Source: Opitutales bacterium (GTDB taxonomy: Bacteria > Verrucomicrobiota > Verrucomicrobiia > Opitutales > UBA9783). From it: DNA of 32,000 nt. The notes beneath the pieces are model-generated. The model worked only from the letters and a program-made list of their open reading frames with translations. It had not been told where the DNA came from and ran no database searches. The translations under genes and the position numbers were made by a program. This document shows positions 24,843 through 32,000 of this stretch, piece after piece. The stretch lies in assembly GCA_046881885.1 (NCBI GenBank), contig JBKSMP010000028.1, forward strand, positions 1 to 32,000. Reading direction: 5' to 3'. How positions within the stretch are numbered: the first letter of the stretch is position 1; the number at the start of each line of letters is the position of its first letter.

Positions 24843-25466
24843 ATGGCGGAGGAAGAACGAGAGAATTTATTGCAAGCGGAGGAATCCGATCGTGAGGATC
24901 TTGAGTGGCTTTCGAGTTTTAAGGAGGGAAACCGTCGTGCATTTGATTTTTTTGTTCGCAAGTATCAACGACGTCTTTTTTGTATTATTTACAATATGAC
25001 GAGTAATCGTGAAGATGCGGCGGATTTGCTGCAAGAGGTTTTTGTAAAAGCCTTTCGTTCGATTACATCATTTAAGGGGGATTCTCGGTTTTATACTTGG
25101 CTTTATCGTATTACCGTCAATACCACGATTACATTTTTAAAAAAAGTGCGTAAACAGACGAAATTAAGCCTGGAAGATTTGAATACGAATGAATCGTTAA
25201 CGTCTTTTTTGGCGACATTTTCGGATGGAGAAAAGGGCGATCGGGCAACTTTATTAAAAGAATTGCAAGAAAAATTGAACGAAGCGCTTCAAAAATTGTC
25301 TCTTAATCATAGAACAGTTGTTGTTTTGTTCGAGATTGAAGGAATGAGTCACGCTGAAATCGCGCGAATTTTAAAGTGTTCAGAGGGGACCGTTCGTTCA
25401 CGTTTACATTACGCAAAAGAGCAATTAAAGCAATTGTTAGCAGAGTATTTAAAGAAAGATGAATAA
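24843..25466 (+). CDS. ECF-type RNA polymerase sigma-70 family factor
   Basis: 207 aa. Region 2 is DAADLLQEVFVKAFRSITSFKGDSRFYTWLYRITVNTTITF. Region 4 HTH is LSLNHRTVVVLFEIEGMSHAEIARILKCSEGTVRSRLHYAKEQL. The N-terminal extension is acidic. Confidence 0.9.
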   Translation: MAEEERENLLQAEESDREDLEWLSSFKEGNRRAFDFFVRKYQRRLFCIIYNMTSNREDAADLLQEVFVKAFRSITSFKGDSRFYTWLYRITVNTTITFLKKVRKQTKLSLEDLNTNESLTSFLATFSDGEKGDRATLLKELQEKLNEALQKLSLNHRTVVVLFEIEGMSHAEIARILKCSEGTVRSRLHYAKEQLKQLLAEYLKKDE

Positions 25467-25860
25467 AGATAACGCAAGGTGGAACTTAGAGGAATTGTTA
25501 CAATTAAAGCGTGCTGAAGAGCCGACAGAAGCTTTTTGGGATCGATTTGATGCTCAATTGCAGGCACGTTTAGAAGAGGAATCCGTACTTGTTTGTTCGC
25601 CTATAAAAGAAATATTTGCGCGTTTATGGAAACAGTGGATGCCGATTGCAGCTTCTTGTGCTTTGGCGCTCAGTTTAAGTCTTTCTTATTTATCTAAAAA
25701 CAATGGTCAGCGTTTTGTCGCATTCCAGCCAATTACTTCGATAGAATCTTGCCAAGCTTCTCGTTTACAAGCGAACGATGAGGCACCTGTTATTTCTAGT
25801 AAAAGTGTAATTTGTAAAAAAATGATTGCCTCAGCTGCTCCTAATTGTTTTTCTTTTTAG
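25459..25860 (+). CDS. Putative single-pass anti-sigma factor
   Basis: 133 aa with an 8-nt overlap with the sigma stop. The N-terminal cytoplasmic part is helical, there is one TM segment (WMPIAASCALALSLSLSYL), and the extracytoplasmic tail is short. The call rests on position and topology. No ZAS HxxxCxxC motif. Confidence 0.6.
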   Translation: MNKDNARWNLEELLQLKRAEEPTEAFWDRFDAQLQARLEEESVLVCSPIKEIFARLWKQWMPIAASCALALSLSLSYLSKNNGQRFVAFQPITSIESCQASRLQANDEAPVISSKSVICKKMIASAAPNCFSF

Positions 25861-25862
25861 TG

Positions 25863-26834
25863 ATGCAAAAGAATCACTTTCGTTATTTAAAATACTGCCT
25901 GTTGAATTGGTTTTTTCTAAATATCTGTGTTTGTTCTTTTGGAGCATTTAATTTAAAAGATTTTGTTGCTGAGCATGCGGCTTGTGTTGTCGGAGTGCGT
26001 TACGAAAAAGAAGGAAAAACACAGTTTACTTCTGGATTTTTTGTTAGTGATGAAGGGCATGTTCTGACGACAGCTACAGGGGGTGACAAATTTTTTATAG
26101 AAAAAGAAAGTCATTTGACGACTGCTGAAAAGTTGGGCGAAGATCCTCGTACGCAGATAACGCTTTTAAAAGTAAAATTTGATAAAAAAGAAGAGAAGAA
26201 GGCCTTTGTGAAGCGTGTGATTGTTTTAAGAGGCGAGGCAGATGTGCCTGAAATAGGTGAGGATTTGGTTAGTTTATCGTACAAGTTAGGGCTTAATGTT
26301 ACGCCACAAAAGGGATTTGTAACAGGGCATAACGATCGTTATTTTGATATTGAGTGGCCAATTACCTTGATTCGTAGCAATTTGCCTATTGATGGAGGGG
26401 ATTGTGGCGGGGCTGTTTTTACACCTAAGGGTGAGTTTGTTGGAATGCTTATGCATGCCTTAGAAGATACAAAAGAAACGTATTTTATGCCGGCTTGGGC
26501 TTTGCATCGCGTATTTTCGGATTTGCTTATTTTCGGCCGTGTTCGTTATGCTTATGTTGGCCTTAATACGACAGTGGTTTGGGATCGTAAACGTTCGGTT
26601 AATGGTTTGCAGATAACGGATGTTATTCCTAATTCGCCTGCAGCTCGTGCTGGTTTCCAAAAAGATGATGTTTTGGTGAATTGCAATGGAGATGCTATTT
26701 TTTCTCGAGAGGTTTTGAAGAATTTTATGTTTGCAGCACAACCACGCCAAACCTTTCAATTTGATGTTTTAAGAGAGGGTAGTAAGCAAGTACAATGTAA
26801 TTTGGTTACGGAGGAATGGAAGCCAAAAGATTAA
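25863..26834 (+). CDS. HtrA/DegS-like trypsin-fold + PDZ protein with non-canonical catalytic positions
   Basis: The ATG lies 2 nt after the anti-sigma stop; a TTG at 25845 is the alternative. The N-terminus is hydrophobic. HtrA-like blocks are TSGFFVSDEGHVLTTATGG, RTQITLLKV and LPIDGGDCGGAVF. The PDZ block is GLQITDVIPNSPAARAGFQKDDVLVNCNGDAI. The positions of the family motifs TNxHV, DxAxLK and GNSGG carry Thr, Gln and Cys instead of His, Asp and Ser. Confidence 0.78.
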   Translation: MQKNHFRYLKYCLLNWFFLNICVCSFGAFNLKDFVAEHAACVVGVRYEKEGKTQFTSGFFVSDEGHVLTTATGGDKFFIEKESHLTTAEKLGEDPRTQITLLKVKFDKKEEKKAFVKRVIVLRGEADVPEIGEDLVSLSYKLGLNVTPQKGFVTGHNDRYFDIEWPITLIRSNLPIDGGDCGGAVFTPKGEFVGMLMHALEDTKETYFMPAWALHRVFSDLLIFGRVRYAYVGLNTTVVWDRKRSVNGLQITDVIPNSPAARAGFQKDDVLVNCNGDAIFSREVLKNFMFAAQPRQTFQFDVLREGSKQVQCNLVTEEWKPKD

Positions 26835-26858
26835 TCAGTAAGTGTTAATTATTTTATT

Positions 26859-27332
26859 ATGAAAGTTCAAGAATTACAAGAAATTGTAAAGTTAATGGAA
26901 GCTTCAGGGATTGCTGAGTTAAGCCTTGAGGAAGAAAATTTAAAATTATCTTTGAAACGTGAATCTAAGGTTCCTGCGGTTGTTTCTATGCCTCAAGCGG
27001 CACTTCCACATCCTATTCCGTTTACCCAAGCACCTATTTTGCCATCTGAAGTTCCAGCACCAGCTCCTGCAGCTCCAGTTGATGAAAAGAATCTTTTTAT
27101 TATCAAATCGCCAATGGTCGGTACGTTCTATTCTGCCCCAAGTCCGGATAGCGCTCCTTTTGTGACGGAAGGTGCTCAAGTATCGCAGAATAGCGTTGTT
27201 TGCATTCTCGAAGCTATGAAGGTTATGAATGAAGTACATGCGGAGTGTGCTGGTACGGTGGTAGAAATTTTGGTTAAAAATGGTTCGCCGGTTGAATACG
27301 GTCAACCTTTGTTCAAAGTCCGTTTAGGGTAA
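26859..27332 (+). CDS. accB: Acetyl-CoA carboxylase biotin carboxyl carrier protein
   Basis: 157 aa with a Pro/Ala-rich linker ([13 protein letters not shown]). The biotinyl domain carries the biotinylation motif EAMKVMNEV. Confidence 0.93.
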   Translation: MKVQELQEIVKLMEASGIAELSLEEENLKLSLKRESKVPAVVSMPQAALPHPIPFTQAPILPSEVPAPAPAAPVDEKNLFIIKSPMVGTFYSAPSPDSAPFVTEGAQVSQNSVVCILEAMKVMNEVHAECAGTVVEILVKNGSPVEYGQPLFKVRLG

Positions 27333-27334
27333 AT

Positions 27335-28708
27335 ATGATTCGTAAAGTTTTAATTGCTAATCGTGGAGAAATTGCACTTCGGGTTGTACGTGCCTGTCGA
27401 GAATTGGGTATTAAGACCTTAGCAGTTTATTCGGAAGCAGATGAACAAGCGTTGGCGGTTCAATTGGCCGATGAAGCGATTTGTATTGGACCTGCACCAG
27501 CAGCTCAAAGTTACTTAAAAGCCGATCGTATTTTAAGTGCTGCAGAATTAGGCGATGTTGATGCGATTCATCCAGGTTATGGTTTTTTAGCTGAAAATGC
27601 GACGTTTGCGGAACAATGCGAAGCGTGTAATCTAAAATTTATTGGTCCTTCTTCGAAAACGATTCGAAAGATGGGGGACAAAATTTTGGCACGCCAAGTC
27701 GCTATAGAGGCGGGTGTTCCAACCGTTCCAGGAAGTGACGGTACCATTACCGATGAAAAGGAAGGCTTAAAAATTGCCAATAAGATTGGTTATCCGGTCA
27801 TTATTAAAGCCGCCGCGGGTGGTGGTGGAAAAGGCATGCGTATTGCACATAATGCGGTTGCGTTCACAAAGGAATTTCGGACGGCTCAAATTGAGGCTGA
27901 AAAGGCTTTTAATAACGGTGCGGTTTATGTTGAGAAATATATCGAAGAACCGCGTCATATCGAATTTCAAATTTTGGCAGATGCTTACGGAAATGTGATT
28001 CATTTAGGTGAGCGTGACTGTTCTTTGCAGCGCCATTATCAGAAGTTGATTGAAGAAGCTCCTTCTACTGTTTTAGACGATAAATTGCGCGAAAAAATGG
28101 GGCAAGCAGTTGTAAAATTAACAAAAGCTTGTGACTATGAAGGTGTGGGTACGATAGAGTTTTTGGTGGATAAATACGGTAATTTCTACTTTATCGAGAT
28201 GAATACCCGTATTCAGGTTGAGCATACCGTGACCGAAGAGGCTATGGGGATTGACTTGGTCAAGTGGCAGTTGCGGATTGCGAATGGCGAAAAACTTACT
28301 TTAAAACAAGAAGATATTGTTTGCAAGTGCCACGCGATTGAATGCCGTATCAATGCAGAAGATCCAGAGAAGAATTTTATGCCTTGTCCTGGACATATCG
28401 ATTTATATTATGCTCCAGGTGGGCTGGGTGTTCGAGTGGATTCGCACGTGTATGGTGGTTATACCATTCCGCCTTATTACGATAGTATGATTGGTAAGTT
28501 GATCGTGACCGGTAGCACGCGTTTGGAAGCTATTGATCGTATGCAACGTGCTTTAAAGGAATATATTGTTCGTGGTATTAAGACGACAATTCCTTTGTGC
28601 AGCAAGATTATGTTGGATCCAACTTATCGTGAAGGAAAGATTACCACTAAGTTCATGGAGACTTTTTTAACTAGGACCGCTAAGCAAATAAATGAAAGGA
28701 TACAATGA
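27335..28708 (+). CDS. accC: Acetyl-CoA carboxylase biotin carboxylase subunit
   Basis: 457 aa. The N-terminus is [23 protein letters not shown]. The ATP-grasp glycine loop is [26 protein letters not shown] is present. The gene starts 2 nt after accB. Confidence 0.96.
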   Translation: MIRKVLIANRGEIALRVVRACRELGIKTLAVYSEADEQALAVQLADEAICIGPAPAAQSYLKADRILSAAELGDVDAIHPGYGFLAENATFAEQCEACNLKFIGPSSKTIRKMGDKILARQVAIEAGVPTVPGSDGTITDEKEGLKIANKIGYPVIIKAAAGGGGKGMRIAHNAVAFTKEFRTAQIEAEKAFNNGAVYVEKYIEEPRHIEFQILADAYGNVIHLGERDCSLQRHYQKLIEEAPSTVLDDKLREKMGQAVVKLTKACDYEGVGTIEFLVDKYGNFYFIEMNTRIQVEHTVTEEAMGIDLVKWQLRIANGEKLTLKQEDIVCKCHAIECRINAEDPEKNFMPCPGHIDLYYAPGGLGVRVDSHVYGGYTIPPYYDSMIGKLIVTGSTRLEAIDRMQRALKEYIVRGIKTTIPLCSKIMLDPTYREGKITTKFMETFLTRTAKQINERIQ

Positions 28709-29136
28709 GTAACGAAACAAAGGATGTTGTTAAAGTTCCATTTCCTAAGGTACAAGGAAATGATGGTGTGATGGGCGATATAAAAATCAATCATAGTGTG
28801 GTTGCGAATATCGTACGATTGGCGGCACAAAACGTGGAAGGTGTTCATTCGGTTGGTGGCGGATTTGTCGAAGGAATCACTGAAATTTTCTCTAAAAAAG
28901 ACTCAGAACGTGGTGTTCGTGTTTCCGAGAATGAAGTAGGGGAATATGTGATCGAAGTAAAAGTTAATTTATTATTTGGGTATGAATTAGCTAAAGTAGG
29001 GGAGGCCATCCAAAAAAGCGTTGCGCAACATGTGCAGCGTATGACCATGAAGCAAGTCGATCGTGTGGATGTTATTATTGATGGTGTAAGAAATGAGCCT
29101 ACTCCACAAGCACATAAAGACGAAGAAGATTTATAA
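28705..29136 (+). CDS. Asp23/Gls24 (DUF322) family envelope/alkaline-shock protein
   Basis: 143 aa. ATGA overlap with the accC stop. The family pattern is [28 protein letters not shown] ... [45 protein letters not shown]. Confidence 0.85.
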   Translation: MSNETKDVVKVPFPKVQGNDGVMGDIKINHSVVANIVRLAAQNVEGVHSVGGGFVEGITEIFSKKDSERGVRVSENEVGEYVIEVKVNLLFGYELAKVGEAIQKSVAQHVQRMTMKQVDRVDVIIDGVRNEPTPQAHKDEEDL

Positions 29137-29138
29137 TC

Positions 29139-29582
29139 ATGGCGTTTGATTTCGGCTTGTTTTTTTCGGACTTGTGGGAATCGTGTGTGTTGCACAAAGA
29201 ATGGATTTTGAGCGTTGTTGTTTTATTCTTCGTTTTTTGTGCGATACGACGTCATCGATTAAGTGCTTTGCCTATAAAAACCTTCAGTAATGAGCTTGGA
29301 GAGTTTTTTGTTACAAAAAGCGCCATCCTTAAGTTAATTGAATCGGTAGGGCTTGAAAATGACGTTATTCGTATAAAGAAGATAAAATTAGCCAATAAAA
29401 AGAATTTATTTTGTGTTAAAGTATATGTTGTTCTTACGCCTGAACAATCTTTTGAAACCTTGTCGTTGCAACTGCAAGAACGTATGCAACAAGCCATTGT
29501 AAAGTATTGTGGTGTGGTCAAACATGTACGTGTAGATATCATTTTAGATGGCTTAATGAAGCGCAAGCCAGTTGAAGAATAA
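29139..29582 (+). CDS. Membrane-anchored protein following Asp23 (AmaP-like anchor / divergent Asp23-like domain)
   Basis: 147 aa, starting 2 nt after the asp23 stop. It has one TM segment (WILSVVVLFFVFCAI). The C-terminal part (GEFFVTKSAILKLIESVGLE...CVKVYVVL...LQERMQQAIVKYCG) resembles a degenerate DUF322 pattern by eye. The AmaP analogy is positional. Confidence 0.45.
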   Translation: MAFDFGLFFSDLWESCVLHKEWILSVVVLFFVFCAIRRHRLSALPIKTFSNELGEFFVTKSAILKLIESVGLENDVIRIKKIKLANKKNLFCVKVYVVLTPEQSFETLSLQLQERMQQAIVKYCGVVKHVRVDIILDGLMKRKPVEE

Positions 29583-29587
29583 GTTTT

Positions 29588-30583
29588 ATGCAAACGGATA
29601 AGAAAGTAATCGTTACCGGTGCTCAACCTACCGGGATGTTTCATTTGGGAAATTATCTTGGCGCCGTACGCAATTGGTGTAAGTTGCAAAAAGATTTTGA
29701 GTGTTTCTTTTTCTTGCCTAATTTACATTCGATAACGTGTCCGCCTTATAATCCTACCGAATTGCGTAAAAACACCTACAATATGTTAGCTCAGTATTTG
29801 GCTTGCGGCTTAGATCCTGAAGGTAGTTGTTTATTTGCTCAGTCAGATGTTATTGGACATACCGAATTAGCTTGGATTCTGGGTTGTATAACGCCAGTTG
29901 GCCAATTGTTTCGCATGACCCAGTTCAAGGCCAAAAGTGATGCAAAAGATTTTGTAGGAAGCGGTTTACTTTATTATCCGATTTTAATGGCTGCGGATAT
30001 TTTGCTTTATAATGCCGATTGTGTTCCGGTTGGAGAAGATCAAAAGCAACATGTCGAATTAACGCGCGATTTGGCTGTTAAATTCAATCAAACGTATTCC
30101 GAAACCTTCAAATTGCCTGAACCTTACATTTTGAAGACTTGTGCTCGTGTATTTTCTTTGCAAAATCCAGAGAAAAAAATGTCTAAATCTGAGCCGAATC
30201 CCAAAGGTGTTGTTTTCCTGTTTGAGTCGGAGGATGAAATTCGAAAGAAGTTTAAGTCAGCAGTTACAGATTCGGGTAGTGGAATTTATTGTGCGCCAGA
30301 AAAGCCTGGAATTACCAATTTAATTGAGATATTTGCTGCTATTACCGATCAAACGATCGAAGCAATAGAAGCTCAATACGGTTCTTATAATTACGGTGAT
30401 TTTAAGAATTGTGTTGCGGAAGCTGTTATAGAACATTTGAAACCGTTGCAAGCACGTTATGCGGAATTGGTAAAGGATCGTAGCTATTTGGAATCCATTT
30501 TAGCGGCAGGAAAGGCTACTGCACAAGCTCGAGCTTCCAAAATGATGGCAAAAGTTTATCGTAAAGTAGGAATGCTTCCTTGA
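29588..30583 (+). CDS. trpS: Tryptophan--tRNA ligase
   Basis: 331 aa class I synthetase. The HIGH-region variant is TGMFHLGNYLGA. The KMSKS motif is KKMSKSEPN. The TrpRS-typical GEDQKQHVELTRDLA is present. Confidence 0.95.
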   Translation: MQTDKKVIVTGAQPTGMFHLGNYLGAVRNWCKLQKDFECFFFLPNLHSITCPPYNPTELRKNTYNMLAQYLACGLDPEGSCLFAQSDVIGHTELAWILGCITPVGQLFRMTQFKAKSDAKDFVGSGLLYYPILMAADILLYNADCVPVGEDQKQHVELTRDLAVKFNQTYSETFKLPEPYILKTCARVFSLQNPEKKMSKSEPNPKGVVFLFESEDEIRKKFKSAVTDSGSGIYCAPEKPGITNLIEIFAAITDQTIEAIEAQYGSYNYGDFKNCVAEAVIEHLKPLQARYAELVKDRSYLESILAAGKATAQARASKMMAKVYRKVGMLP

Positions 30584-30586
30584 TCC

Positions 30587-31039
30587 ATGAAGCGCTTGGA
30601 ACGAGGTTTTACACTTATTGAATTACTTATTGTATTGCTGATAATTACTTCCATAATGGGCTTATTGTTCCCATTGGGTAATCATTTAACTAAAAAGTCT
30701 CTACAATTAAGCGTGCAAGCAGATGTGGTGCGTTATCAGAATGCCTTTTTAGATTATTTCGAGGCTTTTGATGCCTACCCAGAGGGTTTTCCAGAGGATG
30801 CTTGGTTTGACTTGACACAGTATTTTTCCTCATTTGTAAACTTTTTTACGGCAAAAACGGAAAATCGTTCCAATTTTTGTCGTTTTACTGCACAGGAAAT
30901 TCAAGAAAAACAGTATCCACATCCAGTTAAATTGCATTTTTTCTTATGTAAAGAGAAGGATGTTTCGGATGCCTTGAAAGGACATCCTGGAAAAACGATA
31001 CAAGGTACACAAGTGCTTTATGTGATCGAATTTGAATAA
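30587..31039 (+). CDS. Prepilin-type N-terminal cleavage/methylation domain protein (pseudopilin-like)
   Basis: 150 aa. It has the classic type IV prepilin leader and cleavage motif, MKRLERG/FTLIELLIVLLIITSIMGLLF, with Glu at +5. The C-terminal domain is unassigned. No secretion or pilus machinery is adjacent. Confidence 0.75.
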   Translation: MKRLERGFTLIELLIVLLIITSIMGLLFPLGNHLTKKSLQLSVQADVVRYQNAFLDYFEAFDAYPEGFPEDAWFDLTQYFSSFVNFFTAKTENRSNFCRFTAQEIQEKQYPHPVKLHFFLCKEKDVSDALKGHPGKTIQGTQVLYVIEFE

Positions 31040-31046
31040 GGATTGT

Positions 31047-31078
31047 TTTGAGGGGTTTTTTGTAAAAAATCCCTCAAA
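31047..31078. terminator. Long hairpin in the convergent spacer (probable terminator for the trpS/pilin transcript, possibly bidirectional)
   Basis: TTTGAGGGGTTTTTT-GT-AAAAAATCCCTCAAA. The arms are about 15 bp with one G:T pair. It starts 8 nt after the pilin-like stop and is followed by a T-rich tract (CTCCCTTAAAACTTTTCATTATTTT). Confidence 0.6.
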
Positions 31079-31099
31079 CTCCCTTAAAACTTTTCATTA

Positions 31100-31120
31100 T
31101 TTTGCAACAATGTTGCAAAA
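31100..31120. repeat. 21-bp perfect palindrome TTTTGCAACA-A-TGTTGCAAAA (operator-like)
   Basis: Read directly from the sequence: 10-bp arms around a single central A. It lies between the two hairpins of the same spacer. Confidence 0.5.
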
Positions 31121-31145
31121 AGTAAAAATTTTTGAAGGAGGTTAG

Positions 31146-31173
31146 GAGGAAACTTTTTATAAAAAGTTTCCTC
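31146..31173. terminator. Perfect 28-bp palindrome abutting the tadA stop (hairpin / terminator)
   Basis: GAGGAAACTTTTTA|TAAAAAGTTTCCTC, a 14+14 perfect palindrome. It ends 2 nt from the tadA stop codon (31176-31178). On the plus strand it is followed by TTTTAATGTTTTCTT. Confidence 0.55.
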
Positions 31174-31175
31174 TT

Positions 31176-31685
31176 TTAATGTTTTCTTCGCAATTTAAAG
31201 AAGGTTTTTATCATGTCTTCACAAATGCCTTCTAGGGGTTCGTAATCAACCTGTACTTGATGGTAAAGGTGTAAGCTGGTATTAAAATGAATGCGGCCTC
31301 CTAAACAGCCTTGGATTGCGTCAAAAGCTCCAAGAACGACTCGCGGAATGCGCGATTTATAGATAGCTCCACTACACATAGGACAGGGTTCTTTTGTAAC
31401 ATAAAGGGTAAGGTCCGACAAACGCCAATCACCTTTTTTTTGTGACAAATAACGAATAATTTCCATTTCAGCATGAGCGGTTGCATCTTTTTTCGCTTCG
31501 ACACAATTGTAGGCTCGTGCAACGATTTCCCCATTGATGACCCCAACTGCGCCAATAGGAATTTCGCCCAAATGCCAAGCTTTTAAAGCTTCATTAAAGG
31601 CACAACGCATGAAAAAAATGTCGTTGTTGGAAGTGGAAACGGTTTCTTCAAAAGATAAAAATGGACATTTTGGAATGAATTGCAT
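31176..31685 (-). CDS. tadA: tRNA-specific adenosine deaminase TadA
   Basis: 169 aa. CDA zinc motifs are TAHAEMEII and EPCPMCSGAI. The TadA-typical N-terminal FMRCAFNEALKAWHLGEIPIGAV is present. The start could be slightly shorter. Confidence 0.92.
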   Translation of the reverse strand: MQFIPKCPFLSFEETVSTSNNDIFFMRCAFNEALKAWHLGEIPIGAVGVINGEIVARAYNCVEAKKDATAHAEMEIIRYLSQKKGDWRLSDLTLYVTKEPCPMCSGAIYKSRIPRVVLGAFDAIQGCLGGRIHFNTSLHLYHQVQVDYEPLEGICEDMIKTFFKLRRKH

Positions 31686-31765
31686 GAAAAGTATTGTATT
31701 TTATTATTTTGTTTAGTATACTTTTAGAAACAATTTGAGTTTTTACAACAACATTTTGGACACTT

Positions 31766-32000
31766 ATGTTAAAAACAACGATAAAAATAGTACTGGCATT
31801 TATAGTATTGCCCTTTTTATGGCACTGGTCTTCACGCTTTGATTGTATTCGGCGTTTAGAAGAGTCAACCTTGCAACTACGTTATTTTTTACGTGGGGAT
31901 TTGAACGAGGAAAAACTTGCCCAAAAGACATCCAAGGCCATTCCCAATGTTGTTTTCGTTACGATGGATCAGAGTTCTTTAAAACAAATAGGGGAGGCGC
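31766..32000 (+). CDS. Partial CDS (5' end only, runs off the window): membrane sensor N-terminus resembling a CHASE2 domain protein
   Basis: It is absent from the ORF track because it is truncated. From the ATG at 31766 the frame is open to the window end: MLKTTIKIVLAFIVLPFLWHWSSRFDCIRRLEESTLQLRYFLRGDLNEEKLAQKTSKAIPNVVFVTMDQSSLKQIGEA. A TM helix is followed by the pattern LE..T.D.RF.LRG...IV.V.ID..SL...G. This matches how CHASE2-type cyclase or kinase sensors begin, as I remember the family. Confidence 0.5.
   Translation, partial: MLKTTIKIVLAFIVLPFLWHWSSRFDCIRRLEESTLQLRYFLRGDLNEEKLAQKTSKAIPNVVFVTMDQSSLKQIGEA

Noticed and set aside
27687-27702. A sigma-54 promoter-like TGGCACG-N4-GTCGC.
   Set aside because: It lies inside accC. 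The GG-to-GC spacing is off by one and the -12 element is not TTGC(A/T). TGGCA strings at about 11775 and 31785 fail the spacing test as well.
1-32000. Search for CRISPR arrays, IS elements or transposases, integrases, prophage genes, rRNA, and long direct or tandem repeats.
   Set aside because: None seen on reading both strands and the ORF track. The only repeat-like structures are the local palindromes reported above.

Overview
This is a tightly packed, low-GC bacterial chromosome segment, and most of it is housekeeping. I annotate 3 tRNAs, all hand-folded with encoded CCA: Ala-CGC, Pro-CGG and Gln-UUG. I also call about 35 CDS, including one partial CDS at the right edge. I saw no rRNA, CRISPR array, transposase, integrase or phage gene. 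The gene content is lptF/G, kdsC, a MurC-MurB fusion, ddl-ftsQ with no ftsA/ftsZ after it, a sigma-54 activator and a prepilin-type protein. This points to a diderm, plausibly a PVC-group (Verrucomicrobia- or Chlamydiae-like) and perhaps host-associated organism, but the window alone cannot prove the taxonomy.

Layout:
- A plus-strand block at 261-3463 carries tRNA-Ala, prfA, a DUF1343/NamZ-like gene and ferritin.
- A long minus-strand run at 3729-18835 carries a sigma-54 response regulator, a class B PBP, tRNA-Pro, ruvC, a LysM lipoprotein, asd, a GNAT pair, a HAD-like gene, lptF/G, maf, sufU, sufS, tRNA-Gln and two orphan genes.
- A long plus-strand run at 19373-31039 has many 1-8 nt start/stop overlaps. 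It carries kdsC, tsaD, murC-murB, ddl, ftsQ, an ECF sigma, an anti-sigma, an HtrA-like gene, accB, accC, asp23, an AmaP-like gene, trpS and a prepilin-like gene.
- The window ends with tadA (minus strand) and a truncated CHASE2-like gene.

Most noteworthy:
1. An AT-rich orphan two-gene operon (204 aa and 602 aa) sits next to tRNA-Gln. It has no recognisable domains and its N-termini look effector-like.
2. An ECF sigma / anti-sigma / HtrA-PDZ operon in which the protease triad appears replaced (His to Thr, Asp to Gln, Ser to Cys).
3. A MurC-MurB fusion with Cys at the MurB catalytic Ser position.
4. A SufU with a Cys/His-rich tail.
5. A cluster of three palindromes in the pilin/tadA convergent spacer.

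All functional calls rest on motif reading by eye. No database search was possible.
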